DNA of 64,000 nucleotides from Phycisphaerae bacterium. GTDB taxonomy: Bacteria > Planctomycetota > Phycisphaerae > SM23-33. Shown here one piece after another: positions 36,597-45,260 of this stretch. Both the position numbers and the translations under genes were made by a program. The notes under the pieces are model-generated. The model saw nothing but the letters and a program-made list of their open reading frames with translations. It had not been told where the DNA came from and ran no database searches. Every line of letters begins with the position of its first letter. The first letter of the stretch is position 1. The stretch spans positions 197,146-261,145 of the forward strand of contig JBDKRA010000022.1 of assembly GCA_039683615.1 (NCBI GenBank), read 5' to 3'.

Positions 36597-38552
36597 CTAC
36601 TTCATTTCCACCGGCGCCGGCGAAGGGTCGCCGCCCGCGCCGCCTTCGGCGCCGGCGGGGCGGGTCGCTGCCTCGGCCTGCGACTTCACCGAAGCGATGA
36701 TCTCCTTGATCACCACGCGGGGCACGAACACCGAGCCGCGGACGTTCGTCCCGCTGATCGCCGATGCCAAGGCAATGGGCGTGGCCGTCGTCACGGGGAC
36801 CTTCGGCGGGGCCTTGCCCGGCTCGGTCACCTTCTCGATCCTCTGGAACAGCGCGGAGGTATTGGGCACGTTGACCAGGGCGGCCATGAACGGATTGGCC
36901 GGCATGTACTTGAGCGACTCCGCGGCGGCGGGGCCCTGGCCGATGGTTCCGCCGGCGGCCTTGGCGGTCTGGATCGTCTGCGCGAGCATTTCCGTGCCGC
37001 CGCCGAGGCTGGCGACGACGAGGGTCTTGTCCGGCGCCGCCAGCAGGATCTCGATCTTCTTGTCGCCCAGGATCGCCAGGCGATTCTCCTGCTTCTGGGC
37101 GGGTTCCTCGATCTCCTTGGGTGGCACGATCTCGATGCTGTCGACGGACAGGTCGCCAAGTTTCAGGGCGTCTTTCTTGTAGACGATCTTGCCCTTCTGA
37201 TCGGCGGGCTTGTCGCCGGCCATCGCGTTGATCTGCGTTTCCATCATGGAGGCGTATTCCACCAGGGCGGCCTTGAGGGCAGCCGAGTCGTCACAGCCCA
37301 GTGCGGCGCCGACGCCCAGCACGGCCTTGGACTGCGGCGGGGCCTGCCCCACCACCACCTGCACGTTCTTCATCTGCCGCTGCATCGCCACGGCGTTGGC
37401 CTTGACCTTGGCCTTGTACTCCGGACCGAGCTTGGCGATGGCCGGGCTGTTCAACATCGCGTCCTGCAGATCAGAGGCGATCTTCTCCGTCTCGGGCGTA
37501 TGCGTGCCGCCCTTAAGGCCAAAGGCCGCGGCGTAGGACAGGTCGGGCAGGCGGTTGAGCAAAGCCGGAACGTCGGCGGCGGCCTGGTAGGCCGTCAGCA
37601 ACTTGGTGAAGCGGCTATCGGGCGACATGGCCACCATCGCCTCGCCCAGCAGCCCGGTGTTTTCGATCCGCAGCGACAGCGTCAGCGAGTCGGCGCTGGA
37701 GAGCATCTCGCGGTAGAGCGGCAGGATCGACAGGATGCCCTGCATCGAGGCGGCCGCCTCGGGCGGCATGCCCGCCTGGCCGCCCTCGCGCATCATCGAC
37801 CGCATCTGGTCTTCCTGCTGCTTGATCGCCTGGTTGATCTGCGGCGAGGCGATCTTCATATTCAGATGAATCGCCAAGGCCGACGACTTGACGAACTTGG
37901 CCTGGTCGGGCGCCATCTCGTCCAATACCATCTTTTGCGCACCCAGCGCCGCCGCCAAGACCTTCTCGCTGGGGCTGATGGCGATGTATCCTCCGGCCTG
38001 CACCGCCAGCACCGTGCCCATTCTCAGCTTGACGCTGGTGTACTTCCCCGCCGGCGTACGCTCGTAGCCGGGGAACACCTGCGCAACGTCCTGGCCGGGG
38101 ATGAACATCAGCCAGGGCAGCCCGGGCTTCTCGGCCGCCGGGGCTGTCTCGCCGGCCGGGGGAGCCTTCTTGAGACCCATCGTCTCTGCCAGATCCACCC
38201 CGAACTCCGTCGGGTCGAGCATGACGGCAGCGAACCCGCCGTTGGGATTGAATCCCGGACCCAACTGCGCCATCCCTTGCACCAGCGCGGCCATGCGACC
38301 GGGCTGCTTGGGACCGAGTTCCTTGTCGGCGCCCCATTCGGCGGCCAGATCGTCCGCCGACTGAAGAAGGTTCTGAACACTGTTGACCACGAAGAATCCC
38401 ATGGCCCCGGCAGGGATGTGGCCCAGCACCGGTTCGGCTTGGGGTTTGGGTTTGGCCGGCGGCGGTGCGGCGGCATCCTGAGCGTACCCCGCCATGCCGA
38501 TCGCCAGGACAGTCAAAGCCAACCCGCACGCCAATCGTTTCACTGAAAGCAT
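36597..38552 (-). CDS. Secreted hypothetical protein, 651 aa
   Basis: Signal peptide MLSVKRLACGLALTVLAIGMAGYAQDA; it is rich in A/G/P/K and has no recognisable catalytic motif. Confidence 0.5.
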   Translation of the reverse strand: MLSVKRLACGLALTVLAIGMAGYAQDAAAPPPAKPKPQAEPVLGHIPAGAMGFFVVNSVQNLLQSADDLAAEWGADKELGPKQPGRMAALVQGMAQLGPGFNPNGGFAAVMLDPTEFGVDLAETMGLKKAPPAGETAPAAEKPGLPWLMFIPGQDVAQVFPGYERTPAGKYTSVKLRMGTVLAVQAGGYIAISPSEKVLAAALGAQKMVLDEMAPDQAKFVKSSALAIHLNMKIASPQINQAIKQQEDQMRSMMREGGQAGMPPEAAASMQGILSILPLYREMLSSADSLTLSLRIENTGLLGEAMVAMSPDSRFTKLLTAYQAAADVPALLNRLPDLSYAAAFGLKGGTHTPETEKIASDLQDAMLNSPAIAKLGPEYKAKVKANAVAMQRQMKNVQVVVGQAPPQSKAVLGVGAALGCDDSAALKAALVEYASMMETQINAMAGDKPADQKGKIVYKKDALKLGDLSVDSIEIVPPKEIEEPAQKQENRLAILGDKKIEILLAAPDKTLVVASLGGGTEMLAQTIQTAKAAGGTIGQGPAAAESLKYMPANPFMAALVNVPNTSALFQRIEKVTEPGKAPPKVPVTTATPIALASAISGTNVRGSVFVPRVVIKEIIASVKSQAEAATRPAGAEGGAGGDPSPAPVEMK

Positions 38553-38762
38553 TCTCGATATCTCCTTTGCGGCAGAGAGCTTGTACGGTCGAAGTCTGGA
38601 ATATCATATACATGCGGGTCGGGGCTGCCAAAGAAAAACGCCCCGATGGCTCGCGCCGCGCGTATCCTGATTGAAATAACCTCCTCAGCGGTTTACGATG
38701 CCTTTGCGGCCGCCGTCGTGGGCAGCCGCCAAGCGCGGTTCCAGAGCGGATCGGCGGGTGCT

Positions 38763-39371
38763 ATGAGACGCAATTCCTCCACAGGCAGAACTGCCCGCTC
38801 CAGGCGGGTCCGCAGCACGCCGCTGCCGACAGCGGGGGCCATCGTCGTCTCCCGCCGGCGCATCGCCCAGCGCGTATCCGAGTTGGCCATGGCTATCGAC
38901 TCGCGATATGACGGACAGGAACTGACGCTGGTGGTGGTGCTCAGCGGCGCAGTCGTGTTCGCCGCCGACCTGGTCCGCCGCATTCACACGCCATTTCGCG
39001 TCACGATGGTGGAAGCCTCCTCCTACCGCGGCACGGCAACGCGCCCAAGCGGGCGGGTCTCGTGCGGACCGGTTCCCGGCGTCGTGGCCGGAAGAAACGT
39101 CCTGGTGGTGGACGATATTCTCGACAGCGGCGCCACGCTCAAGACCATCGCCGCGCGCCTGCGACAGCGGCGCCCGCTGACGCTGAGCTCGTGCGTGCTG
39201 CTTCGCAAAGATCGCTCTGACGGGCGGTGCGATTTCGCCGCCGACATGATTGGCTTTGACGTGCCCGACCGCTTCGTCGTCGGGTACGGGCTGGACTACG
39301 ACGACCGTTTTCGCAATCTGCCGGATATTCGCGTGCTGGAGATTGCCCCTGCCGGCAAGGACGCCCTATGA
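38763..39371 (+). CDS. hpt: Hypoxanthine-guanine phosphoribosyltransferase
   Basis: The PRPP-binding motif is VLVVDDILDSGATL, and LTLVVVLSGAVVFAADLVRRI matches the Hpt N-terminal pattern. The start is placed at MRRNSS (38763); the track's ORF starts at 38646. Confidence 0.8.
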   Translation: MRRNSSTGRTARSRRVRSTPLPTAGAIVVSRRRIAQRVSELAMAIDSRYDGQELTLVVVLSGAVVFAADLVRRIHTPFRVTMVEASSYRGTATRPSGRVSCGPVPGVVAGRNVLVVDDILDSGATLKTIAARLRQRRPLTLSSCVLLRKDRSDGRCDFAADMIGFDVPDRFVVGYGLDYDDRFRNLPDIRVLEIAPAGKDAL

Positions 39372-39913
39372 CCGGTTCGGCACAACCTACGGAACTGGAA
39401 GCGGTCGCTCAGCCGATCATGATTTCATCGGGCATCCTGCAGGACGGCGAGGTGATCCTGCTGGCCATCAAGCCCAGCGGATGGTACATCCTGCTGGCCT
39501 CGTGGCCGATCCTGCTGGTGGCGGCGTTGGCGGTGGTCGCTTCGAGCGTCGCCGACGGATTCATCGGCAGCGATCGCAGCGCCCGCGTGCTGTTTCCGGC
39601 GTGTCTGCTGCTGGCCGTGGCCTGCCTGACGGCGGCGTTCATCGGCTGGCTGGGACGTATGTACGTGCTGACCAACCGCCGCATCTTGCGGATCTACTCG
39701 ATGCGAAAGCTCGATGTGGCCTGCTGGGATTTGCGCAGCGTGAACCAGGTGCTGCTGACGGCCTCGCGGGCGGAGAAGCTCCTGGGCATCGCGTCGTTGA
39801 CACTGACGCTCGACCACCCCGACGACAAACAGCCCGCCTGGGCCCACATCTCCCGCCCGCTGGAAGTGCACAAGATCGTCCTGGAAGCGGTCTATCGCGC
39901 CAAAGGCATGTAG
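39368..39913 (+). CDS. Membrane-anchored bacterial PH-domain (bPH_2/YdbS-like) protein
   Basis: Two TM helices are followed by the YVLTNRRILRIYS...KLDVACWDLRSVNQV bPH motif. It overlaps hpt as ATGA. Confidence 0.65.
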   Translation: MTGSAQPTELEAVAQPIMISSGILQDGEVILLAIKPSGWYILLASWPILLVAALAVVASSVADGFIGSDRSARVLFPACLLLAVACLTAAFIGWLGRMYVLTNRRILRIYSMRKLDVACWDLRSVNQVLLTASRAEKLLGIASLTLTLDHPDDKQPAWAHISRPLEVHKIVLEAVYRAKGM

Positions 39914-39970
39914 CTCTGATCCCGGACGGAGGGAGTGGTCCTGACGTGCGCGTCTATATCGCGTTTTGTT

Positions 39971-40010
39971 AGCGATCGAGTCCCCAGGGGATCTTCGACT
40001 TGCTCGACGG
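39971..40010. repeat. Post-stop element AGCGATCGAGTCCCCAGGGGATCTTCGACTTGCTCGACGG (family E, copy 2)
   Basis: It has a 34-nt core with 2 mismatches to 7866-7900. Confidence 0.5.
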
Positions 40011-40055
40011 GTTGTTTCCCTGGTCCCCGCACTGCGAGCGATGATTCCGCCAACG

Positions 40056-41477
40056 TTACTTGCCCACGCAGAACCGCGAGAAAATGGACCCTAGCACGTC
40101 CTCGGTGACCACCTGGCCGCTGACGGCGCCGACCCCGGCGAGCCCTTCGCGAAGCTCGACGGCCGCCAGTTCCGCCACATCGGCCAGTTCGGCGGCGCTG
40201 TCGAGCAGTGCTGCCGCTGCCCGCGCGGCGGCGGCTGTCGATTCCAGGCTCCGTCGCTGACGCTGGTGCAGGCCCATCGCCTGCCCGCTGCGACCGGCCG
40301 ACAGGTGCAACACCTCGGCCAGGCGCGCTTTTAATTCCTCCATCCCCGCCCCCGTCAGAGCGCACGTCTCGACGACCGGGTGCCATGGCGGCCGTTGTTC
40401 AGCCGCCATGTCCTCGCTGGCTGAACTGACTTCATCCGGGGCGAGGTCTACCTTATTAATGACCGTCAGCATCGGGCAGTGCGGGTTGGCGGCGCGGATG
40501 GTTGCGATGATCTCATCGTCGCGATCTTGGTCGGCCGCCGAGGCATCGATCACCAGCACGACGACATCCGCTGCGGCTACCGCGCGGCGGGCGGCGTTGT
40601 CGGCCGCCAGGGCGATCGCGTCGCCGGGATCGGTCAACCCGGCCGCGTCCTGGATGATCACCGGCCAGCCGCCCAGCGTCATCGACGCCGAGAGCACGTC
40701 GCGCGTGGTGCCGGCCGTGGCCGAGACGATCGCCCGCGACGTGCCCGTCAGGGCGTTGAGCAGCGAACTCTTGCCCACGTTGGGCGCCCCGCACAGCACC
40801 ACGCGGGGGCACGCGGCCCCTTCGCTCACCCCGGCCGACCTGGCCAGAACGGCATCGATCCTGCCAGCCAACTCGCCCAGCCGCCCCGCCAGTCGCTGCG
40901 GGTTCTCTAACTCCAAGCCTTCCTCCGCCAGGTCGATCGACGCCTCAACCGTCGCCAGGGCCTCGACCAGTTCCGCCGAAAGCTGCCTGCACAGCTCGTA
41001 GATCCGCCCGCCGATGGCCGCCGCCGCCGCACGCACCTGCGCCTCGTCGGCGGCGTTGATGATGTCGGCCACGCCTTGGGCCGCGGAAAGATCAATGCGT
41101 CCCGAAAAGAACGCGCGGGCGGTAAACTCGCCCGCCTCCGCCGCCCGAGCGCCGGCGGCGATCACGTCGCCCTCGAGCGCACTGACAGCCGCGGGCGCCC
41201 CTGGAATATGCAGCTCCGCCACATCCTGTCGCGTATAACTCCGCGGCGCACGGAACACATACAGGCGCGCGGGAAGTTCGATCGCCCCCCCGCCGATGCG
41301 CACGATTCCCTCCCTGCTGGTGAACCCCCCCATCGCTTGCGGTGACGCGTTCGTCAGTCCCGCGAAAACCTTCCCCGCCAGCGCCAGCGCCGCCGGACCG
41401 CTGAGGCGCACGATCGCCCGCGGTCCGCTGCCCGCCGCGGAGGAAACCGCCACGATCGTGTCGTCGGTTTTGTGCAT
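40056..41477 (-). CDS. mnmE: tRNA modification GTPase MnmE
   Basis: G1 GAPNVGKSSLLNAL, the G-domain, and the C-terminal FCVGK motif. Confidence 0.9.
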   Translation of the reverse strand: MHKTDDTIVAVSSAAGSGPRAIVRLSGPAALALAGKVFAGLTNASPQAMGGFTSREGIVRIGGGAIELPARLYVFRAPRSYTRQDVAELHIPGAPAAVSALEGDVIAAGARAAEAGEFTARAFFSGRIDLSAAQGVADIINAADEAQVRAAAAAIGGRIYELCRQLSAELVEALATVEASIDLAEEGLELENPQRLAGRLGELAGRIDAVLARSAGVSEGAACPRVVLCGAPNVGKSSLLNALTGTSRAIVSATAGTTRDVLSASMTLGGWPVIIQDAAGLTDPGDAIALAADNAARRAVAAADVVVLVIDASAADQDRDDEIIATIRAANPHCPMLTVINKVDLAPDEVSSASEDMAAEQRPPWHPVVETCALTGAGMEELKARLAEVLHLSAGRSGQAMGLHQRQRRSLESTAAAARAAAALLDSAAELADVAELAAVELREGLAGVGAVSGQVVTEDVLGSIFSRFCVGK

Positions 41478-41561
41478 TCAACAATTCCCTTGAACTCCGC
41501 GCCGCGGCGCGTGATACTTCTTCGCTCAAGCTATACGATACCGTATGAGGGCTCTTTGACA

Positions 41562-42314
41562 ATGGCGCAAACGCTGGCAGGACTGCTCAGACTTCAAACG
41601 GTCGAACGCGACTTGGCTCATGTCAGAAGCAGACTGCGGGTGCAGCAGAACGCCGTGGCCATCCAGCAACGCAAGATCGATCAGGCCCAGCAGGCCTTTG
41701 ACCTCCAGGCCCAGCAGCACACCAACCGTCTCAAACGCGCCGACCAGCTCGACCTCGACCTCAAGACCAAGGAAGAGCACGTCGCCAAGCTCCGCGCCAA
41801 CCTCAACACCGCCAAAACCAACAAAGAATACGCGGCTGTCCTGACCGAGATCAACACCTTCAAGGCCGACAACGCCAAGCTCGAAGAGGAAGCCCTCGCC
41901 GTCATGGGCCAGATGGAGGCCAGCAAGGCCGAAGTCGCAAAGGCCAAAGAAGCCCTCGCCGCCGCACAGGCCAGGCTGGACCAGATCCGCCAGGCCAGCG
42001 CCGAGGAGATCGAACGCCTCTCGGCCTTGGAGAGCGAACTGCTGACCAAGCGGGACACGCTGGCCGGCGAGGTCGAACCCGAGGCCCTTCACCTCTTCGA
42101 CCGCGTCGTCGGCAAGTACGAAGGCGAGGCGATGGCCGTCATCGAAATCCACGGAAAGAAACCGCCGCACACCTATGTCTGCGGCGGTTGCTTTATGGGC
42201 CTGCGCGCCGAGCACGTCAACGCCCTGCGCGTCCGCGACCAGATCCGCACCTGCGACAACTGCGGCCGCATCCTCTATCTCCAGGAACAGGCCGAAAAGG
42301 CCGCCAAGGGCTAA
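41562..42314 (+). CDS. Coiled-coil protein with a C-terminal C4 zinc ribbon (COG1579/DUF164-like)
   Basis: A long heptad region is followed by CGGCFMG...CDNCGRILY. The start is placed at MAQTLAGLL; the track's ORF starts at a GTG at 41472. Confidence 0.65.
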   Translation: MAQTLAGLLRLQTVERDLAHVRSRLRVQQNAVAIQQRKIDQAQQAFDLQAQQHTNRLKRADQLDLDLKTKEEHVAKLRANLNTAKTNKEYAAVLTEINTFKADNAKLEEEALAVMGQMEASKAEVAKAKEALAAAQARLDQIRQASAEEIERLSALESELLTKRDTLAGEVEPEALHLFDRVVGKYEGEAMAVIEIHGKKPPHTYVCGGCFMGLRAEHVNALRVRDQIRTCDNCGRILYLQEQAEKAAKG

Positions 42315-42324
42315 GGCAGCTTCC

Positions 42325-42789
42325 ATGGCCCCCGACGCCTCAGCCGCCGCTGCCGCACCACAGCACCCCGACGTGATCGCCTGCATCGACGGCGGCGCCC
42401 GAGGAAACCCCGGCCCCGCAGCCGCCGGCGTGGTCATCAAAGACGCCGCCACCCGCAAAGTGCTCTACAAAGCAGGAATTTTCATCGGCCACGCCACCAA
42501 CAACATCGCCGAATATCAGGGCCTGCTCAACGCATTCAAGACCGCCGCAAAGCTCGGCGCGCAAAAGGTCCTGGTGCTGAGCGACTCGGAGTTGATGGTC
42601 CGCCAGATGACCGGCCGCTACCGGGTAAAAAACGCCGGCCTGCGCCCCCTGTTTGAACAGGCCGGCGAACTGGCCGAACAATTCAAACACGTAGAATACC
42701 GCCACGTCCGCCGAGAGCAGAACACCGAAGCCGACGACCTTGTCAACCGCGCGTTAGACATCAAAAAGAACGTCGGCGATGCGGTTTAA
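42325..42789 (+). CDS. rnhA: Ribonuclease HI
   Basis: IACIDGGARGNPGPAAAGVVI, the AEYQGLLNAFK context, and DSELMVRQMTG. The start is at MAPDAS inside the track ORF 42175-42789. Confidence 0.85.
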   Translation: MAPDASAAAAAPQHPDVIACIDGGARGNPGPAAAGVVIKDAATRKVLYKAGIFIGHATNNIAEYQGLLNAFKTAAKLGAQKVLVLSDSELMVRQMTGRYRVKNAGLRPLFEQAGELAEQFKHVEYRHVRREQNTEADDLVNRALDIKKNVGDAV

Positions 42790-43152
42790 TTAGCCGCTGA
42801 GGACGCTGCGGAAGATGGGGACAGGGAGAAACCTCGATGCGCCACGTTCCCCGGGCTTCGCGGCGATAAATCGCACGCTCCACCCGGGGCTACTATCAAT
42901 CGCCCCTGCCGGGGCGAGGACATGGCGGCTGAACAACGGCCGCCATGGCACCCCGGAGTTCCCTCAATTCCTTCTCTCTTCTCCGCGTCCTTTACGATCT
43001 CTGCGGTGAATCTCCTGCCGCAAGACGCGCGGGGCAAGCCCCGCCGCTAACGACCGTCCATTTCTCCAATCATCCATTCATCCACCCGTCCGCGTTTTTC
43101 CTTCTCCGTGCTCTCTGTGCCTCTGTGGTAGGTTGTCCGCTTTTCGGTTACG

Positions 43153-44943
43153 ATGTGCCCCATGGCGATGTTCTCGCAACAATTCATTGACCAGGTTGCC
43201 CAGGCCACGGACATCGTGGACCTGATCGGGCAGTATGTGGCCCTGGCCAAGAAGGGCAAGGAATTTGTCGGGCTCTGTCCGTTCCACCAGGACAAGCATC
43301 CGTCGATGAACGTCTCGCCGGCCAAGCAGATCTTCAAGTGCTTCGCCTGCGGGGCCGGCGGACAGGCGTTCAACTTCATGATGATGCTGGAGAACATGAC
43401 CTTCCCCGATGCCGTGCGCATGTTGGCCGAGCGGGCCAACATCCCCCTGCCCGTGCAGACGCCCGGCCAGCCTGCCCCCCAGGACGGCCTGGGCAAGAGC
43501 GACCTGGTGCGCGTCATGGGTGTGGCGCAGGAGTTCTTCCGCAAGTCGCTGCACACGGCCGCGGGCGAGTCGGCATTGGCGTACGCCCGCAAGCGCGGGC
43601 TAAGCGACGAATCGCTCGAGCGGTTCGGGATCGGCTTTGCCCCAGATGCTTGGGACGCGCTAATCAAGTTCACGCGCAACCAGCGCGTCAGCGAGGCGCA
43701 GCTTGTGGCCGCCGGGCTCGTCGCCCGGCGCGAGAGCGGCGGCTGCTACGACCGCTTCCGCAATCGCCTGACGTTTCCGATCTATGACGCGACCAATCAG
43801 ATCATCGCCTTCGGCGGACGTGCCTTGGGGGCGGACGAACAGGCCAAATACCTCAACAGCCCCGAGACGATCCTGTTCGACAAGTCGTCCAACCTGTACG
43901 CCCTGAACTGGGCGCGCCCGGTGATCGTTTCGAGCAAGCAGGCGGTGGTAGTCGAGGGCTATCTCGACGCGATCATGCCCCACCAATGCGGAGCGGCCAA
44001 TGTGGTGGCCACGCTGGGCACGTCGCTGACGGAGCGACACGTGCGGGTGCTCTCGCGATACGCCAGCGAGGTCGTGCTGGTGTTCGACGCCGACGTGGCG
44101 GGGGCGGCCGCGGCTGAGCGGGCACTGGAAATCTTCCTCTCCCAGCAGGTTCATGTGCGCGTGGCGACGATCCCGGCCGGCAAGGACCCGTGCGACTACT
44201 GCCTGGCCGAGGGCGGCGAGGCGTTCAAGACGCTGCTGGCCAACGCGCCCGACGCGCTGGAATACGTCTGGCAGAAGCGTCAAGCCGAGCTCGAGACGGC
44301 CGGAGGCAACCTGGCCGACCGGCGGCGGCTGGTGGAGAACTTTCTGGGCCTGGTGGCGCAGTCGCAGGCGTACGGGGCCATCGACACGGTGCGGCAGAGC
44401 CAGCTCGCCCAGCACATCGGGCACCTGCTGAACATTCCACCGGCCGAGCTGCAGCAGGAGATGCGCCGCCTGTCGCGGCAGGTGCGCCCCACCGCCCGCT
44501 CGGGCGCCGCGCCGCCCACGACGGGCTCGGCGATCGAGGGCACGCTTCGCCCGCAGCGGCACGTGCTGGAGGTGCTGTTGAACAAGCCCGATCTGTTCGA
44601 CACGGCGGCCGAGCGCATCAGCCCGCGCGACTTCACCGACGCGTCATTCGCGCGGATCGCGCAGTGCCTGTGGCAGGCAGCGGCCGAGGGCGTGACCGCG
44701 CCCGAGCAGATCACCTGCCGGGCAGAGATCGCCGACCTGGGCAACCTGTTAGCCGACCTGATCGCCACCGGCGAGCACCGCGGGAACTTTGAAGACACAC
44801 TGCGCGGCGCGCTGGACTTCATCAGCTATCAGCGCGGCCGCCAGGAATCGCAGCAAGGCACGGCCGCGTCGGAAGAAGAACGACTTCGTGCGGCGACCGA
44901 GAGACCCAAGGCGGATGTGAGACGAAGGCCACGCATCACGTAA
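43153..44943 (+). CDS. dnaG: DNA primase
   Basis: The zinc finger is CPFHQDKHPSMNVSPAKQIFKCFACGAGG, and the TOPRIM region is EGYLDAIM. Confidence 0.95.
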   Translation: MCPMAMFSQQFIDQVAQATDIVDLIGQYVALAKKGKEFVGLCPFHQDKHPSMNVSPAKQIFKCFACGAGGQAFNFMMMLENMTFPDAVRMLAERANIPLPVQTPGQPAPQDGLGKSDLVRVMGVAQEFFRKSLHTAAGESALAYARKRGLSDESLERFGIGFAPDAWDALIKFTRNQRVSEAQLVAAGLVARRESGGCYDRFRNRLTFPIYDATNQIIAFGGRALGADEQAKYLNSPETILFDKSSNLYALNWARPVIVSSKQAVVVEGYLDAIMPHQCGAANVVATLGTSLTERHVRVLSRYASEVVLVFDADVAGAAAAERALEIFLSQQVHVRVATIPAGKDPCDYCLAEGGEAFKTLLANAPDALEYVWQKRQAELETAGGNLADRRRLVENFLGLVAQSQAYGAIDTVRQSQLAQHIGHLLNIPPAELQQEMRRLSRQVRPTARSGAAPPTTGSAIEGTLRPQRHVLEVLLNKPDLFDTAAERISPRDFTDASFARIAQCLWQAAAEGVTAPEQITCRAEIADLGNLLADLIATGEHRGNFEDTLRGALDFISYQRGRQESQQGTAASEEERLRAATERPKADVRRRPRIT

Positions 44944-44944
44944 A

Positions 44945-45260
44945 AAGTTGTGAGTTGTGAGTGGTGAGCGGTGAGTAAGAAACAAGAAGCATCCTGCGGT
45001 GGAATCTCACAACTCACCACTGAGTTGTGGGTGGTGAGTTGTAAGTCCTCGCCCCGTACGGGGCGATGGGGATATAGCCGGGGGCACTGCCCGCCCGCTT
45101 CGGGGCGGGAACCTTATTACGCTTCATCCGGGCTGCGTGGCGGGAAGAACCCGCCGCTTGCCCCCGGCTATATCCCCAGCGGTCCTTCGGACCGCGTCTT
45201 GACCACTCACCACTCACAACTGCTTCTGGAGCTTCTCACTCACCACTCACCACACACAAC
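44945..45260. repeat. Composite element: inverted arrays of GTTGTGAGT/GGTGAG units bracketing a core of about 150 nt holding four GC-rich hairpins
   Basis: Left arm: gttgtgagttgtgagtggtgagcggtgagt. Right arm: ccactcaccactcacaactg...ctcactcaccactcaccacacacaactcacaac. Core: palindrome gccccgtacggggc, a 16-bp stem ggatatagccgggggc/gcccccggctatatcc enclosing cccgcc-cttc-ggcggg-type hairpins, and cggtccttcggaccg. Confidence 0.6.

Noticed and set aside
41500-42330. An apparent 1-nt frame inconsistency between my hand count of the printed sequence and the ORF-track coordinates. The affected positions are the ATG of the coiled-coil zinc-ribbon gene, the stop at 42314 and the rnhA ATG.
   Set aside because: This is most likely my own counting error on 10-nt blocks. 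The ORF-track coordinates were used as authoritative, and there is no evidence of a real frameshift.
17678-43128. A 17-nt shared core TCTCTGTGCCTCTGTGG at 17680-17700 (reverse complement) and 43110-43128.
   Set aside because: It is only two short copies with no surrounding structure. It could be chance or a minor relative of the REP-like families, and it is too weak to call.
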